DNA of 64,000 nt from Candidatus Beckwithbacteria bacterium (lineage in GTDB: Bacteria > Patescibacteriota > Microgenomatia > UBA1400 > CG1-02-47-37), in the NCBI GenBank assembly GCA_043803225.1, contig JAZDKF010000012.1, forward strand, positions 118,647-182,646, read 5' to 3'. The notes below the pieces were generated by a model. The model made no database searches and was not told the DNA's origin. It was given only the letters and a program-made list of their open reading frames with translations. Made by a program: the position numbers and the translations under genes. Positions 40,132-49,877 of the stretch are shown here, one piece after another. Position 1 is the first letter of the stretch; the number at the start of each line of letters is the position of its first letter.

Positions 40132-41229
40132 ATGGAGCCAATTCCGCCCTCGCCAATCCCTCCCACTCTTCCGCCGACTGAGCCGCCCATAATCTCCCCC
40201 GAAGCCCTTAAACCAAAATCCCCTCAAGGCATCTTTATTGTTTTAGCCTTAATTTTAATTGCCGCTTCAGTTTTTGCCTTTAAATACTATCAACTTAAAA
40301 AACAAGCTGTCCCGGGGCAACCCTCTCCTTCGTCAACTTCCCTTATTTCCCCCCAGCCTTCGCCGGAAATAACCGATCCCACCGCTGATTGGCAGCTTTA
40401 TGAAAATTCCGTTCAAAATTACTCTTTTAAATATCCCAGCGATTGGCAAATTAATACCGTAGGCGCATCAGTTGATATTAACAATAAACTCACCCTCTCT
40501 AAAAACAATTATCTGATTGCTATTTACGCTAATATTCAGGGTATTGGTGGCACCGCTAAACAGGTTCCCTCTGTCCCGGTCACCGTTTCCGGTCTGAATT
40601 TATTTAAGCGGGATATTGGCGATAATCTTTACACCAACACCGGTTCTTTTGAAATCAGTGCCACCGATTCCAACCCAACCTTTAAATACCAAGACAAAAT
40701 TTACGAAATTTATCTTACCTATCCGTTAGCAGACAAGGGGACTGAAAACTATCAAGCCAACCTAAAAACCTTCGACCTAATTCTCTCGACTTTCAAATTT
40801 ACCGATTGGAAAACTTATACCAACACCGCTGAAAATTTTAGTTTTCAATACCCCCTCGATGCTCAATTGCTTATCGGTGAAGACCATGTCGAAATAACCC
40901 AGGGTAAAAAAAACTTAGTCTGCGGTTACGACTTTAGTTTTGATGTTATCTTTCCGAAAAATGGAGTCACGGTCAATAAGAATTTTTCTACCTACCCCTT
41001 TAATGTCGCTAATAGAGAGGGCGAAAGATACGATATGCTTAATACTATCGAAGGCTGTCATAATCAAACAGGAATTATCTACCTAAAAAATATTGCCGAT
41101 CCTCAAATCTACGATTACCAAATATATATTATTGATAATACCGATAAACAATTTTTATCCAACCTGATTCTCTCCACTTTTGTCTTTACCGCTTCTTCTG
41201 CTACCGACCTACAGGGTCCGACCCTGTAG
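40132..41229 (+). CDS. Membrane-anchored extracellular protein with Pro-rich N-terminus and tandem W-x-Y-x-N…NFSF-x-YP repeats
   Basis: Pro-rich stretch MEPIPPSPIPPTLPPTEPP, one TM, and two internal repeats (ADWQLYENSVQNYSFKYPSDWQ and TDWKTYTNTAENFSFQYPLDAQ). The last 7 codons are encoded by palindrome P1. Confidence 0.5.
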   Translation: MEPIPPSPIPPTLPPTEPPIISPEALKPKSPQGIFIVLALILIAASVFAFKYYQLKKQAVPGQPSPSSTSLISPQPSPEITDPTADWQLYENSVQNYSFKYPSDWQINTVGASVDINNKLTLSKNNYLIAIYANIQGIGGTAKQVPSVPVTVSGLNLFKRDIGDNLYTNTGSFEISATDSNPTFKYQDKIYEIYLTYPLADKGTENYQANLKTFDLILSTFKFTDWKTYTNTAENFSFQYPLDAQLLIGEDHVEITQGKKNLVCGYDFSFDVIFPKNGVTVNKNFSTYPFNVANREGERYDMLNTIEGCHNQTGIIYLKNIADPQIYDYQIYIIDNTDKQFLSNLILSTFVFTASSATDLQGPTL

Positions 41230-41230
41230 G
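41208..41230. repeat. 23-nt palindromic element P1 (CCTACAGGGTC-C-GACCCTGTAGG)
   Basis: Perfect 11-1-11 inverted repeat overlapping the stop of the upstream gene. It is followed by a T-rich run and the extended -10 TGTTATAAT (41252-41260). Confidence 0.7.
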
Positions 41231-41269
41231 CGCTCAGTTTCCTTTCTTTTGTGTTATAATCGCCCGCAA

Positions 41270-41785
41270 ATGCTAGAAACTTGGTTAGACATTGGTGGTT
41301 TAAGAGGCGATTATTATCAAAACCTTTCTCAACCAGAAAATCACCCCGGCGTTCAATTAATCATTCTTGATAAGTTTTTTTGTGGCCAGCCTTTGCCGCC
41401 AACCCTTTTCCCGGATAAGCCTGTTTTCTATCTTGGCGGCCAAGCTGAAAATTTGCCCTTAGCTGCGGCTTCTGTCAGCCGGATCGACACCAATTTATTA
41501 TTTTCCAGAATTAAAACCGCCCAGGCTGTCATTCCTCGTTTATTTGCCGAGATTAATCGGGTGTTAAAACCGGGCGGCCAAGTTCAGTTATGCGAACACA
41601 AAGCCATTATTGAATTAATGTATATTTTCTTCCATTCTTTTAATCAAAACCAGTTTAACATCGTCCAAAAACCTGTTTCTGCCCGGCTTTATTCTCGAAG
41701 TGCCTTAGTTAGCTTTTTTTTCACTCCAGATATAAATGTTGATCCGGCCCTGGAACCATATTTTTTCCATTTTGCCAAAAAATAA
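41270..41785 (+). CDS. Divergent class-I SAM-methyltransferase-like protein (172 aa from the ATG just 9 nt downstream of the -10)
   Basis: MLETWLDIGGLRGD is a degenerate motif I. The acidic beta-2 end is VQLIILD, and there is an LKPGGQVQL block. The six-frame ORF (41180) extends further upstream, but the promoter and palindrome support the ATG at 41270. Confidence 0.5.
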   Translation: MLETWLDIGGLRGDYYQNLSQPENHPGVQLIILDKFFCGQPLPPTLFPDKPVFYLGGQAENLPLAAASVSRIDTNLLFSRIKTAQAVIPRLFAEINRVLKPGGQVQLCEHKAIIELMYIFFHSFNQNQFNIVQKPVSARLYSRSALVSFFFTPDINVDPALEPYFFHFAKK

Positions 41786-41797
41786 GTAAGTTTACCT

Positions 41798-41828
41798 GCA
41801 AGGTCCGACCTCGCCGGGTTTTTTTAGG
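41798..41828 (+). terminator. Degenerate palindrome copy followed by a U-tract (terminator-like) after the methyltransferase-like gene
   Basis: CCTGCAAGGTC-C-GACCTCGCCGG has two mismatches relative to the family consensus. It is followed by GTTTTTTT. Confidence 0.35.
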
Positions 41829-41829
41829 A

Positions 41830-41890
41830 CCTACAAGGAGTCTCCTCGTAGGCGCCTCAAGTAGACATTTGTAGGTTTTTTGTATATAAT
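41830..41890 (+). repeat. 61-nt module copy 1: palindrome P2 (CCTACAAGGAG-T-CTCCTCGTAGG) plus sigma70-type promoter (TAGACA-17-TATAAT)
   Basis: P2 lies at 41830-41852; TAGACA at 41862-41867; TATAAT at 41885-41890, preceded by TTTTTTGTA. Nearly identical to the copy at 42284-42344. Confidence 0.65.
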
Positions 41891-41932
41891 TAGCCTTACT
41901 GCCTGAATTATCAGCAGTTTTTTTATAAAATT

Positions 41933-42283
41933 ATGTTAGAAACCTCAAAACCATCAATTCCAATATTAAAATATAAAGGAGGGGAGATTAAAGACTATCG
42001 TCAATTTTTCCGACCTAAAACAGAAGAAACCATAGTTACTGTTTTATAAGCGAGGTCTTCTCGACTTAAGAAAAACTATTTTGTTCAAAAATGGTACTCT
42101 CATTTTTTGGAAGGAACACAAACAATTACTGATACAGCTAATCAAGAACTTAAGGCTCGAAAAAATTTTCAAGAACTGGTTGATAATTTTCGTCTGGTAA
42201 ATATTTCTGAATCAACGGCCAGAAAATTAAACTTAATTGCTGGGGTTGATTTTACCGAAATTCCCGCCCGGGCCCAACTTTAA
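41933..42283 (+). pseudogene. Nonsense-disrupted paralog of the upstream methyltransferase-like gene
   Basis: MLETSKPSIPILKYKGGEIKDYRQFFRPKTEETIVTVL-TAA(42047)-ARSSRLKKNYFVQKWYSHFLEG…FTEIPARAQL reads as one frame. The TAA sits exactly where the paralog has the conserved acidic residue (…IILD), consistent with GAA>TAA. No ATG/GTG follows the stop; only a TTG at 42107. Confidence 0.45.
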
Positions 42284-42344
42284 CCTACAAGGAGTCTCCT
42301 CGTAGGCTACTCAAGTAGACAATCGCCAATTTTTTGTATATAAT
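42284..42344 (+). repeat. 61-nt module copy 2: palindrome P3 plus TAGACA-17-TATAAT promoter, driving fusA
   Basis: P3 at 42284-42306 is identical to P2; TAGACA at 42316-42321; TATAAT at 42339-42344. The only differences from copy 1 are GC vs TA after the palindrome and ATCGCCAA vs TTTGTAGG in the spacer. Confidence 0.65.
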
Positions 42345-42382
42345 CCTCTTACTTATTAATTAATTCTGTTTCTCTTAAAGAC

Positions 42383-42413
42383 ATCGCTTCCTCAAGAGAA
42401 GCGATTTTTATTG
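42383..42413 (+). terminator. fusA leader hairpin plus U-tract (attenuator candidate)
   Basis: Stem ATCGCTTC / GAAGCGAT (42383-42390 and 42398-42405) with loop CTCAAGA, followed by TTTTTATT. The fusA ATG is at 42421. Confidence 0.45.
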
Positions 42414-42420
42414 CCCCTCT

Positions 42421-44583
42421 ATGGCTACTCAATCAGACACCGCCAGAAAGCGTCAAGTGCCTCTGGACAAGATTAGAAACATCGGCATTATTGCCCATAT
42501 TGATGCCGGTAAAACCACTACCACTGAGCGGATTCTTTTCTATACAGGCAAAACCTACAAGCTCGGCGACATCGACGAAGGCACCACCCAGATGGATTGG
42601 ATGGCGCAGGAGCAGGAACGCGGCATTACCATTATGTCTGCCGCCACCACTGCTTTCTGGACTCCGACTATGTCTGGCGCAGTTGATCCGGTTGAACACC
42701 GGATTAATATTATCGATACCCCCGGCCATGTTGACTTTACTGCCGAAGTCGAACGATCTTTGCGGGTTCTTGATGGCGGCATCACTGTTTTGGACGCCGA
42801 AGAAGGCGTCCAGTCCCAATCAGAAACCGTCTGGCATCAGGCTGATAAATATCATGTTCCCCGTCTCTGTTTTGTTAATAAAATGGACAAACTCGGCGCT
42901 GACTTTCTCGCCACGGTTCAGGATATTAAAGACCGTCTCGGCGCCAACCCCGCCATTATGGCTCTGCCGATCGGTGTTGAATCTTCCTTCAAAGGCGTTG
43001 TCTTGCTTCTGGATCAAAAAGCCCTAATCTGGAAATCCGATGAAACTGGTGCCAAATATGATGTTACCGATGTGCCTGAGGACATGAAAGACCAGGTTAA
43101 AGAGTATCGCAATAAATTAATTGAACAGATCTCCGAACACGACGACGCTCTCATGAATAAGTTTTTAGAAGGCCAGGAACCAACTCCGGACGAACTGAAA
43201 AAAGCCTTAAGAAAAGCGGTTATCGGTTACCAACTCGTACCCATTTACTGCGGTTCATCTTTAAGAAACAAAGGCGTTCAGCCCTTGCTTGATGCGGTGG
43301 TTGACTACCTTCCCAGCCCAATCGATATTCCTCCCGTTGTCGGCATTAATCCCAAAACCAAAACTGAAGAAACCCGACCTAACCAAATCGACGCTCCTTT
43401 TTCTGGTCTGGCCTTCAAAATTCAAACCGACCCCCATGTTGGCCGGTTAACCTATGTCCGGCTTTATTCTGGTGTTTTAAAATCCGGCAGCTATGTTTAC
43501 AACTCTACCAAAGATAAAAAAGAACGCGCCGGCCGCTTGCTCTTAATGCACGCTAACACCCGCGAAGAAATCGACCAGGCTTTTGCCGGTGAAATCGTCG
43601 CTATTGTTGGTCTTAAAGACACCACCACCGGCGACACTCTTTGCGACGATTCTAAACCAATCATTCTTGAAGGCATTACCTTTACCGAGCCGGTTATCTC
43701 TTTGGCCATCGAGCCTAAAACCAAAGCCGACCAGGAAAAAATGGGCTTTGCCCTTAACCGTTTAGGCGATGAAGACCCGACTTTTACGATTAAATCTGAT
43801 CCGGAAACCGGCCAGACGATTATCTCCGGCATGGGCGAGCTCCATCTGGAAATCATTGTTGACCGGATGAAGCGCGAGTTTCATGTTGAAGCCAACACCG
43901 GCCAGCCCCAGGTTGCCTACAAAGAAACCATTAAAAAAGTCGCCCAGGCTGAAGGCAAGTACATTAAGCAGTCCGGCGGCCGTGGCCAGTACGGTCACTG
44001 TTTTTTAAGAATTGAACCCCAGGCCCGCGGTGAAGGCTTTTTGTTTGAATCGGAAATCGTCGGCGGTTCTATCCCGCGCGAGTTTATTACCCCGATTCAA
44101 AAAGGGGTTAAAGAAGCCTGCGAAAACGGCGTCATTGCCGGTTTTCCCCTGGTGGATATTAAAGTTGCTGTTTATGACGGTTCTTATCACGACGTTGACT
44201 CTTCCGAAATCGCCTTTAAAATTGCCGGTTCTATGGCCTTGCAGTCAGCCGTTAAACAAGCCAATCCGGTTTTATTAGAGCCGATCATGAAAGTTGAAGT
44301 CTCCACCCCGGAAGAATTCATGGGCGAGATTATCGGCGATCTGTCAAAAAAACGGGCTCACATTTCCGGTACCAGCAAGCGCGGCCGGGTCTTAATCATC
44401 AACGCCGAAGTCCCCTTGGCAGAAATGCCTCAGTATGCTACTATCCTAAGATCTATGACTCAAGGCCGGGCCAGCTTCTACATGGAGCCGTCCCACTACG
44501 AGGAAGTGCCCAATAATATTGCCATGAAAATTATTGAGAAAGCCAAACCCGGTTACCTCAAAACTGGGGATGAAAAAAAATAA
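42421..44583 (+). CDS. fusA: Elongation factor G
   Basis: [21 protein letters not shown]-domain, DTPGHVDF, and all five EF-G domains. Confidence 0.95.
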   Translation: MATQSDTARKRQVPLDKIRNIGIIAHIDAGKTTTTERILFYTGKTYKLGDIDEGTTQMDWMAQEQERGITIMSAATTAFWTPTMSGAVDPVEHRINIIDTPGHVDFTAEVERSLRVLDGGITVLDAEEGVQSQSETVWHQADKYHVPRLCFVNKMDKLGADFLATVQDIKDRLGANPAIMALPIGVESSFKGVVLLLDQKALIWKSDETGAKYDVTDVPEDMKDQVKEYRNKLIEQISEHDDALMNKFLEGQEPTPDELKKALRKAVIGYQLVPIYCGSSLRNKGVQPLLDAVVDYLPSPIDIPPVVGINPKTKTEETRPNQIDAPFSGLAFKIQTDPHVGRLTYVRLYSGVLKSGSYVYNSTKDKKERAGRLLLMHANTREEIDQAFAGEIVAIVGLKDTTTGDTLCDDSKPIILEGITFTEPVISLAIEPKTKADQEKMGFALNRLGDEDPTFTIKSDPETGQTIISGMGELHLEIIVDRMKREFHVEANTGQPQVAYKETIKKVAQAEGKYIKQSGGRGQYGHCFLRIEPQARGEGFLFESEIVGGSIPREFITPIQKGVKEACENGVIAGFPLVDIKVAVYDGSYHDVDSSEIAFKIAGSMALQSAVKQANPVLLEPIMKVEVSTPEEFMGEIIGDLSKKRAHISGTSKRGRVLIINAEVPLAEMPQYATILRSMTQGRASFYMEPSHYEEVPNNIAMKIIEKAKPGYLKTGDEKK

Positions 44584-44659
44584 AAAAACCAGTAAAATAT
44601 GTTCAAAACTAAAATAGTTATTAATTTCTAAGGAGGCTCCGCCTCAGGCGGATCAGTTT

Positions 44660-45838
44660 ATGGCTACATATCAACGCACCAAACCCCACGTTAACGTCGG
44701 CACGATCGGCCACGTTGATCATGGCAAAACCACTCTTTCCGCTGCGATTACCCAATATCTGGCTAAAAAGAACTTGGCTCAAGCGATGAAGTTTGAAGAC
44801 ATCGATAAATCTCCGGAAGAAAAGGAACGGGGTATTACCATTTCCATTTCTCACCTGGAGTATGAAACCGAAAAACGTCACTATGCTCACATTGACTGTC
44901 CTGGGCATAAAGACTACATCAAGAATATGATCACCGGCGCCGCTCAAATGGATGGCGCTATTTTAGTTGTTGCCGCCACTGATGGCCCTATGCCTCAGAC
45001 CCGCGAGCACATCTTGCTGGCCCGCCAGGTTAACGTCCCGGCTTTAGTGGTGTTCTTAAACAAGGTTGATGCGGTGGACGACAAAGAAATGGTTGACTTG
45101 GTTGAAGAAGAAGTTAGGGAGCTTTTAACCAAGTATGAATTTCCGGGTAAAGACATCCCCATCATTCGCGGCAGCGCTCTTAAAGCCCTGGAAGGCGACG
45201 CTGAAGCTATTAAAGCCATCGAAGCCCTGCTTAAAGCTTTAGATGAATACATTCCTGAACCCAAACGACCTTTAGATAAGCCATTTTTGATGGCGGTCGA
45301 GGACGTTTTCTCCATTAAAGGCCGGGGCACTGTCGCTACCGGTAGAATTGACCGCGGCAAAATTAAGGTCGGCGAAGAAGTCGAAATTGTCGGCATCCGT
45401 CCGACTAAAAAATCCGTGGTTACCGGCGTCGAGATGTTTCGCAAACAACTCGATGAAGGTCAGGCTGGCGACAATGTTGGCATTCTCCTGCGAGGCATTG
45501 AAAAAGACGATATTGAACGCGGCCAGGTCTTAGCCAAATCTGGTTCAGTTACCGCCCACAGTGAATTTTACGCCGAAGTCTATATTCTTTCCAAAGAAGA
45601 AGGCGGCCGCCACACACCTTTCTTTACCGGCTACAAACCCCAGTTTTACATTCGGACTACCGATGTGACTGGCGATGTCGCTCTTGAAAAAGGCGTGGAA
45701 ATGGTCATGCCTGGTGACAGCGCTAAAATGACTGTTAAGTTAATTCAGCCGGTTGCCTTAGAAGAAGGCTTGCGGTTTGCTATCCGCGAGGGTGGCTTAA
45801 CTGTTGGGGCTGGGGTCATCACCAAAATCTTGGCCTAA
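44660..45838 (+). CDS. tuf: Elongation factor Tu
   Basis: [29 protein letters not shown] and NKVD motifs. An SD (TAAGGAGG) lies about 24 nt upstream, bridged by a small hairpin. Confidence 0.95.
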   Translation: MATYQRTKPHVNVGTIGHVDHGKTTLSAAITQYLAKKNLAQAMKFEDIDKSPEEKERGITISISHLEYETEKRHYAHIDCPGHKDYIKNMITGAAQMDGAILVVAATDGPMPQTREHILLARQVNVPALVVFLNKVDAVDDKEMVDLVEEEVRELLTKYEFPGKDIPIIRGSALKALEGDAEAIKAIEALLKALDEYIPEPKRPLDKPFLMAVEDVFSIKGRGTVATGRIDRGKIKVGEEVEIVGIRPTKKSVVTGVEMFRKQLDEGQAGDNVGILLRGIEKDDIERGQVLAKSGSVTAHSEFYAEVYILSKEEGGRHTPFFTGYKPQFYIRTTDVTGDVALEKGVEMVMPGDSAKMTVKLIQPVALEEGLRFAIREGGLTVGAGVITKILA

Positions 45839-45860
45839 CTTAAAAAAGTTAAAATTATTA

Positions 45861-45884
45861 ATTAATAAGATGAGCCTTAGGGCT
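45861..45884 (+). promoter_or_regulatory. Perfect 10-bp stem-loop between tuf and rpsJ (no U-tract)
   Basis: AAGATGAGCC-TTAG-GGCTCATCTT, 13 nt upstream of the rpsJ ATG. Confidence 0.4.
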
Positions 45885-45897
45885 CATCTTAACTCTT

Positions 45898-46206
45898 ATG
45901 CCAAAAGGCAGAATACGTATCAGATTAAAATCGTATGATCATCGGATCATCGATGAATGCTGCCAAAAAATCCTCGACACCGCTCTGGCAACCGGGGCTA
46001 AAGTTGTCGGCCCGGTGCCTTTGCCTACCGGTAGAAAGTTAATCAGCGTCATTACCAGCCCTCATACTGATAAAAATGCCCAGGAACACTTCCAAATGTT
46101 GACTCACAAGCGTTTAATCGACATTCTCGACTCGACTGACAAAACCATTGACAGCTTAATGCATCTGGAACTGCCGGCCGGTGTGGGAATTGAAGTCAGG
46201 ATGTAA
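45898..46206 (+). CDS. rpsJ: 30S ribosomal protein S10
   Basis: 102 aa; the RIRIRLKSYDHRIIDE…LTHKRLIDI blocks match S10. Confidence 0.95.
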   Translation: MPKGRIRIRLKSYDHRIIDECCQKILDTALATGAKVVGPVPLPTGRKLISVITSPHTDKNAQEHFQMLTHKRLIDILDSTDKTIDSLMHLELPAGVGIEVRM

Positions 46207-46211
46207 TTTTT

Positions 46212-46799
46212 ATGATTAAGCAGTTCTTTGTTACCAAGCTGGCCACGACTCAAACCTTTGATCAACAGGGGAATCGGCTCGTGGCGACTCAGGTTTTAGC
46301 CCAGCCCTTAACCGTTTTGCAGGTTAAAACTTTAGCTTCAGATGGCTATGCCTCCATTCAATGCGCCATCGGTCAGAAAACCACCAAAAAACCTAAATTT
46401 ATCCGCGAAATCCGTGTTCAAGAAAGCGACGCCTATAAGCCCGGCGACCAAATTAACTTAAACGATGTATTCCAGCCCGGTGATCGGTTAAAAGCCGCTG
46501 GTCTTTCTAAAGGCCGCGGTTTTGCCGGCGTAATCAAGCGCCATGGTTTTCATGGCGGCCCCAAAACTCACGGTCAGTCAGATCGGCCCCGTTCTCCCGG
46601 CTCAATTGGCATGCGGACTACCCCCGGCCGGGTTTGGAAAGGCAAAAAAATGGCCGGCCACTATGGCATGGCCACCAAAGCCATCCGCAATCTTCAGGTT
46701 CTTAAGTTTAATGAAACTGATCATATTTTACTGATTACCGGCACCATTCCTGGTTCCAGAAATACCTTAATCACCTTAACTAAAACTAAACCGGCTTAA
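46212..46799 (+). CDS. rplC: 50S ribosomal protein L3
   Basis: The GRGFAGVIKRHGFHGGPKTHGQSDRPRSPGSIG block is typical of L3. Confidence 0.95.
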   Translation: MIKQFFVTKLATTQTFDQQGNRLVATQVLAQPLTVLQVKTLASDGYASIQCAIGQKTTKKPKFIREIRVQESDAYKPGDQINLNDVFQPGDRLKAAGLSKGRGFAGVIKRHGFHGGPKTHGQSDRPRSPGSIGMRTTPGRVWKGKKMAGHYGMATKAIRNLQVLKFNETDHILLITGTIPGSRNTLITLTKTKPA

Positions 46800-46806
46800 A
46801 TATTTT

Positions 46807-47439
46807 ATGACTAAACTAGACGTTTTATCTACCAGCGCTAAAAAACTTGAATCCCTAACGGTTAAAGACAAGATTTTTAAGGCTAAAATTAATCCAAGCC
46901 TGATGGCTCAGGCGGTTAGAGTCTATCTTTCTAATCAGCGGGTGGCTTCGGCTGTTACCAAAAACCGCAATGATATTAATGTCACCCACGCTAAAGTTTG
47001 GCGCCAAAAAGGTACTGGCCGGGCCCGTCATGGAGCCCGCAACGCCCCAATCTTTGTCGGCGGCTCCAAAACCTTCGGCCCGTCCGGGCAGCAGAACTAC
47101 TATCTTAAATTTCCTCAGAAAATGCGCTGTTTAAGTCTGTTTAGCGCCCTTTCCTCCAAATTCAAAGATCAGCAAATATTAGTTGTCGACGGTTTGGAAA
47201 AAATCAAGCCCTCCACCAAAGCTTTTGATAAAATCTTTCACGCCTTAGTTAAAACTCCTCATAAAATCCTGCTTTTAGTCGATCGGCCTCAGCTTTCGAT
47301 CAAACAAAGCGTTGCCAACCTGCCTTATCTGCAATACAACCTCTCTAACTCTCTGTCTGTCTATCAGATTCTCAACGCTGATACATTAATCTTTACCAAA
47401 GCGGCTATTGTCAGCCTCCAAGCCCACTATAAATTATGA
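46807..47439 (+). CDS. rplD: 50S ribosomal protein L4
   Basis: WRQKGTGRARHGARNAPIFVGGSKTFGP matches L4. Confidence 0.95.
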   Translation: MTKLDVLSTSAKKLESLTVKDKIFKAKINPSLMAQAVRVYLSNQRVASAVTKNRNDINVTHAKVWRQKGTGRARHGARNAPIFVGGSKTFGPSGQQNYYLKFPQKMRCLSLFSALSSKFKDQQILVVDGLEKIKPSTKAFDKIFHALVKTPHKILLLVDRPQLSIKQSVANLPYLQYNLSNSLSVYQILNADTLIFTKAAIVSLQAHYKL

Positions 47440-47738
47440 TTTTAAAACCAATCATCACTGAAAAATCCATGAAGCTGGCCCAAGCCGGTCAGTTTACTTT
47501 TGCTATTACTAAAGACACTACCAAAGATCAGGTAAAAGCTAGCCTTCACCAGCTTTTTAAGGTTGATGTCGTCAAAGTCAGAATTCTCCGTCTTGCCCGC
47601 AAAACCCGCCGTTCAGCTAAGTCTCGCGCTACCCGCCAGACTCAGCTTAGAATTAAAGCTATTGTCACCTTAAAACCCGGTCAAATGATCGAGTATTTTA
47701 AACTACCGGAGAAGAAAAAAACCAAAAAAACCAAATAA
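47436..47738 (+). CDS. rplW: 50S ribosomal protein L23
   Basis: IIKPIITEKSMKL…FTFAITKDTTKDQVK matches L23. Confidence 0.9.
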   Translation: MILKPIITEKSMKLAQAGQFTFAITKDTTKDQVKASLHQLFKVDVVKVRILRLARKTRRSAKSRATRQTQLRIKAIVTLKPGQMIEYFKLPEKKKTKKTK

Positions 47739-47741
47739 CCT

Positions 47742-48572
47742 ATGCCGATTAAACATCATCAACCTACTACCCCCGGCCGCCGTCACCGCACTGACCTTGA
47801 CTGGTCAATTCTAACGGCTAAAAGGCCGGAAAAAAGCTTAATTAGAAAGCTTAAATATAATGCCGGCCGGAACTCTACCGGTAAATTAACTGTCCGCCAT
47901 CACGGCGGCCAGGAAAAGCGGCTTTTTCGCATCATCGACTTTAAACGGGATAAAAGAAACATTCCTGCCCGGGTTGCCAGTATTGAATACGATCCCAACC
48001 GCACCGCCAACATTGCCTTGCTTTTTTATCCTGATGGGGCCAAACGCTACATCTTAGCCCCGCAAGGCTTGCAGGTTAATCACTTAGTCGAATCAGGCGA
48101 GAAAGCTCCGGTCAGGCCCGGCAACTCTTTGCCTTTAAAAAACATTCCCATCGGCAGCCTGCTTCATAATCTTGAAATAACTCCGGGCAAAGGCGGCCAA
48201 CTGGTCCGCTCTGCCGGCAATACGGCTACCCTGCAAAGTAAAGATAAATTTGCCATAATTAAACTCCCTTCAGGCGAGATTCGGCAAATTTCCTTGAATT
48301 GTTATGCTACAATAGGCGAGGTTTCTAACCCTGAACTTAAAAATATTAAGCTTGGTAAGGCTGGCCGCAAACGCCACCAGGGCATTAAGCCCACTGTCCG
48401 CGGTACCGCTCAAAACCCCCGCTCCCATCCGCACGGCGGCGGCGAAGGCCGTTCTGGTGTCGGTCGGATTCATCCGGTCTCTCCCTGGGGTAAACCGGCC
48501 TTGGGTAAGAAAACCAGAAATAGACGGAAATATTCATCCCGGCTTATTATTAAAGATAGGCGGATTAAATAA
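47742..48572 (+). CDS. rplB: 50S ribosomal protein L2
   Basis: [19 protein letters not shown] and the C-terminal GGGEGR block match L2. Confidence 0.95.
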   Translation: MPIKHHQPTTPGRRHRTDLDWSILTAKRPEKSLIRKLKYNAGRNSTGKLTVRHHGGQEKRLFRIIDFKRDKRNIPARVASIEYDPNRTANIALLFYPDGAKRYILAPQGLQVNHLVESGEKAPVRPGNSLPLKNIPIGSLLHNLEITPGKGGQLVRSAGNTATLQSKDKFAIIKLPSGEIRQISLNCYATIGEVSNPELKNIKLGKAGRKRHQGIKPTVRGTAQNPRSHPHGGGEGRSGVGRIHPVSPWGKPALGKKTRNRRKYSSRLIIKDRRIK

Positions 48573-48574
48573 CT

Positions 48575-48856
48575 ATGAGAAGTAGTAAAAAAGGTCCCTA
48601 CGTGGACGAAAAATTATTAAAGAAAATTAAAGCCCAAAAAGAGATCGGTAAAAAAGAACCGATCAAAACTTGGGCCCGCGCTAGTCAAATTCCGCCGGAA
48701 TTTGTCGGGATTACCTTTAAAGTTCACAATGGCCATAAATTTATCGAAGTTTTTGTCAACGAGGCCATGGTTGGCCATCGCTTAGGGGAGTTTTCTCCCA
48801 CCCGGACTTTCCATGGTCACGGCAAGATGGTCAAACGCTTGGTGACCAAAACTTAA
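48575..48856 (+). CDS. rpsS: 30S ribosomal protein S19
   Basis: [13 protein letters not shown]…[36 protein letters not shown] matches S19. Confidence 0.95.
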   Translation: MRSSKKGPYVDEKLLKKIKAQKEIGKKEPIKTWARASQIPPEFVGITFKVHNGHKFIEVFVNEAMVGHRLGEFSPTRTFHGHGKMVKRLVTKT

Positions 48857-48860
48857 AAAT

Positions 48861-49235
48861 ATGTTAATTAAATCCGAAATTAAATTTTTAAGGACTGGCC
48901 CGCGCAAGATTCGGCTCGTTGCCGATCTGGTTAGGCCTATGTCTGTTGCCGATGCCTTAACTACCTTAAAGCATTTGCCTCAACGGGGCGCCGTCCATGT
49001 TTTAAAGCTTTTTGAACAAGCAATTGCCAATGCGGTTAACAACCACAACTTAAGGAAAGACGTTTTATCGATTCATACTTTAGAAGTCAACTCCGGTCCG
49101 GCCTACAAGCGCTTCCAGCCGGTTTCCCGCGGCCGGGCCCACTCAATTTTAAAAAGAACCAGCCATTTAAAGCTGGTTTTAGAAAGCGTTGAACCGGAAA
49201 AACCAAAGGAGGCCAAAAATGGGACAAAAAGTTAA
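48861..49235 (+). CDS. rplV: 50S ribosomal protein L22
   Basis: GPRKIRLVADLVRPMSVADALTTLKHLPQRGA matches L22. Confidence 0.9.
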   Translation: MLIKSEIKFLRTGPRKIRLVADLVRPMSVADALTTLKHLPQRGAVHVLKLFEQAIANAVNNHNLRKDVLSIHTLEVNSGPAYKRFQPVSRGRAHSILKRTSHLKLVLESVEPEKPKEAKNGTKS

Positions 49236-49875
49236 TCCTCACACCTTTAGGCTCGGCACCATTTTTAACTGGGCTTCCAACTGGTATGCCGACGGTAAAT
49301 CCTATCATCAGTTTTTGCTCGAAGATCTAAAGCTTCGAAAATTTCTTCTGGAAAAACTTAAACTGGCCGGTATTACTGAAGTAAAAATCGACCGGTCGAT
49401 CAATACTTTAAAAATTACTTTATTTGTTTCCCGTCCCGGCGTAGTCATCGGCCGCGGCGGTTCGGGTTTGGAAGAGCTAAAAACCCAGATAGCTAAAAAA
49501 ATAAAATTTGATAAACAGACTAAAAAAGCGCCTAAATTTGAACTTCAAGTAATTGAAGTGAAAAACCCAGATCTGTCTGCTCGATTAATCGGTTTGCGTT
49601 TGGCCGAACAACTCCTGAAACGTTATCCTCATCGCCGGGCCGCCGCCCAAGTCTTGGAAAAAACCATGTCCGCCGGCGCCAAAGGCGTTAAACTGCTTTT
49701 TTCCGGCCGTATTGGCGGCGCCGAAATTGCCCGCCGCGAAAAATTTATCGCCGGCAGCATCCCTCTAAGCACTATCCGTTCCAACATTGATTACTTTCAA
49801 CAGCCGGCCTTTACCAAATATGGCTATGTGGGCATCAAAGTCTGGGTCTATAAAGGAGAGGAAACCGTTAAATAA
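49219..49875 (+). CDS. rpsC: 30S ribosomal protein S3
   Basis: [13 protein letters not shown]… with SD aggaggccaaaaATG. The six-frame ORF starts 30 nt earlier, inside L22. Confidence 0.95.
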   Translation: MGQKVNPHTFRLGTIFNWASNWYADGKSYHQFLLEDLKLRKFLLEKLKLAGITEVKIDRSINTLKITLFVSRPGVVIGRGGSGLEELKTQIAKKIKFDKQTKKAPKFELQVIEVKNPDLSARLIGLRLAEQLLKRYPHRRAAAQVLEKTMSAGAKGVKLLFSGRIGGAEIARREKFIAGSIPLSTIRSNIDYFQQPAFTKYGYVGIKVWVYKGEETVK

Positions 49876-49877
49876 CT

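Noticed and set aside
42047-42049. In-frame TAA in the methyltransferase paralog as a recoded sense codon or programmed read-through
   Set aside because: All other genes in the window terminate and translate cleanly with the standard code, including many TAA stops. No known bacterial code reassigns TAA, and a GAA>TAA nonsense mutation at the conserved acidic position is the simpler explanation.
41830-42344. CRISPR array or IS element with terminal repeats
   Set aside because: There are only two copies of the 61-nt repeat, about 450 bp apart, with no regular repeat-spacer periodicity and no transposase. The repeats contain promoter elements and look like duplicated control regions.
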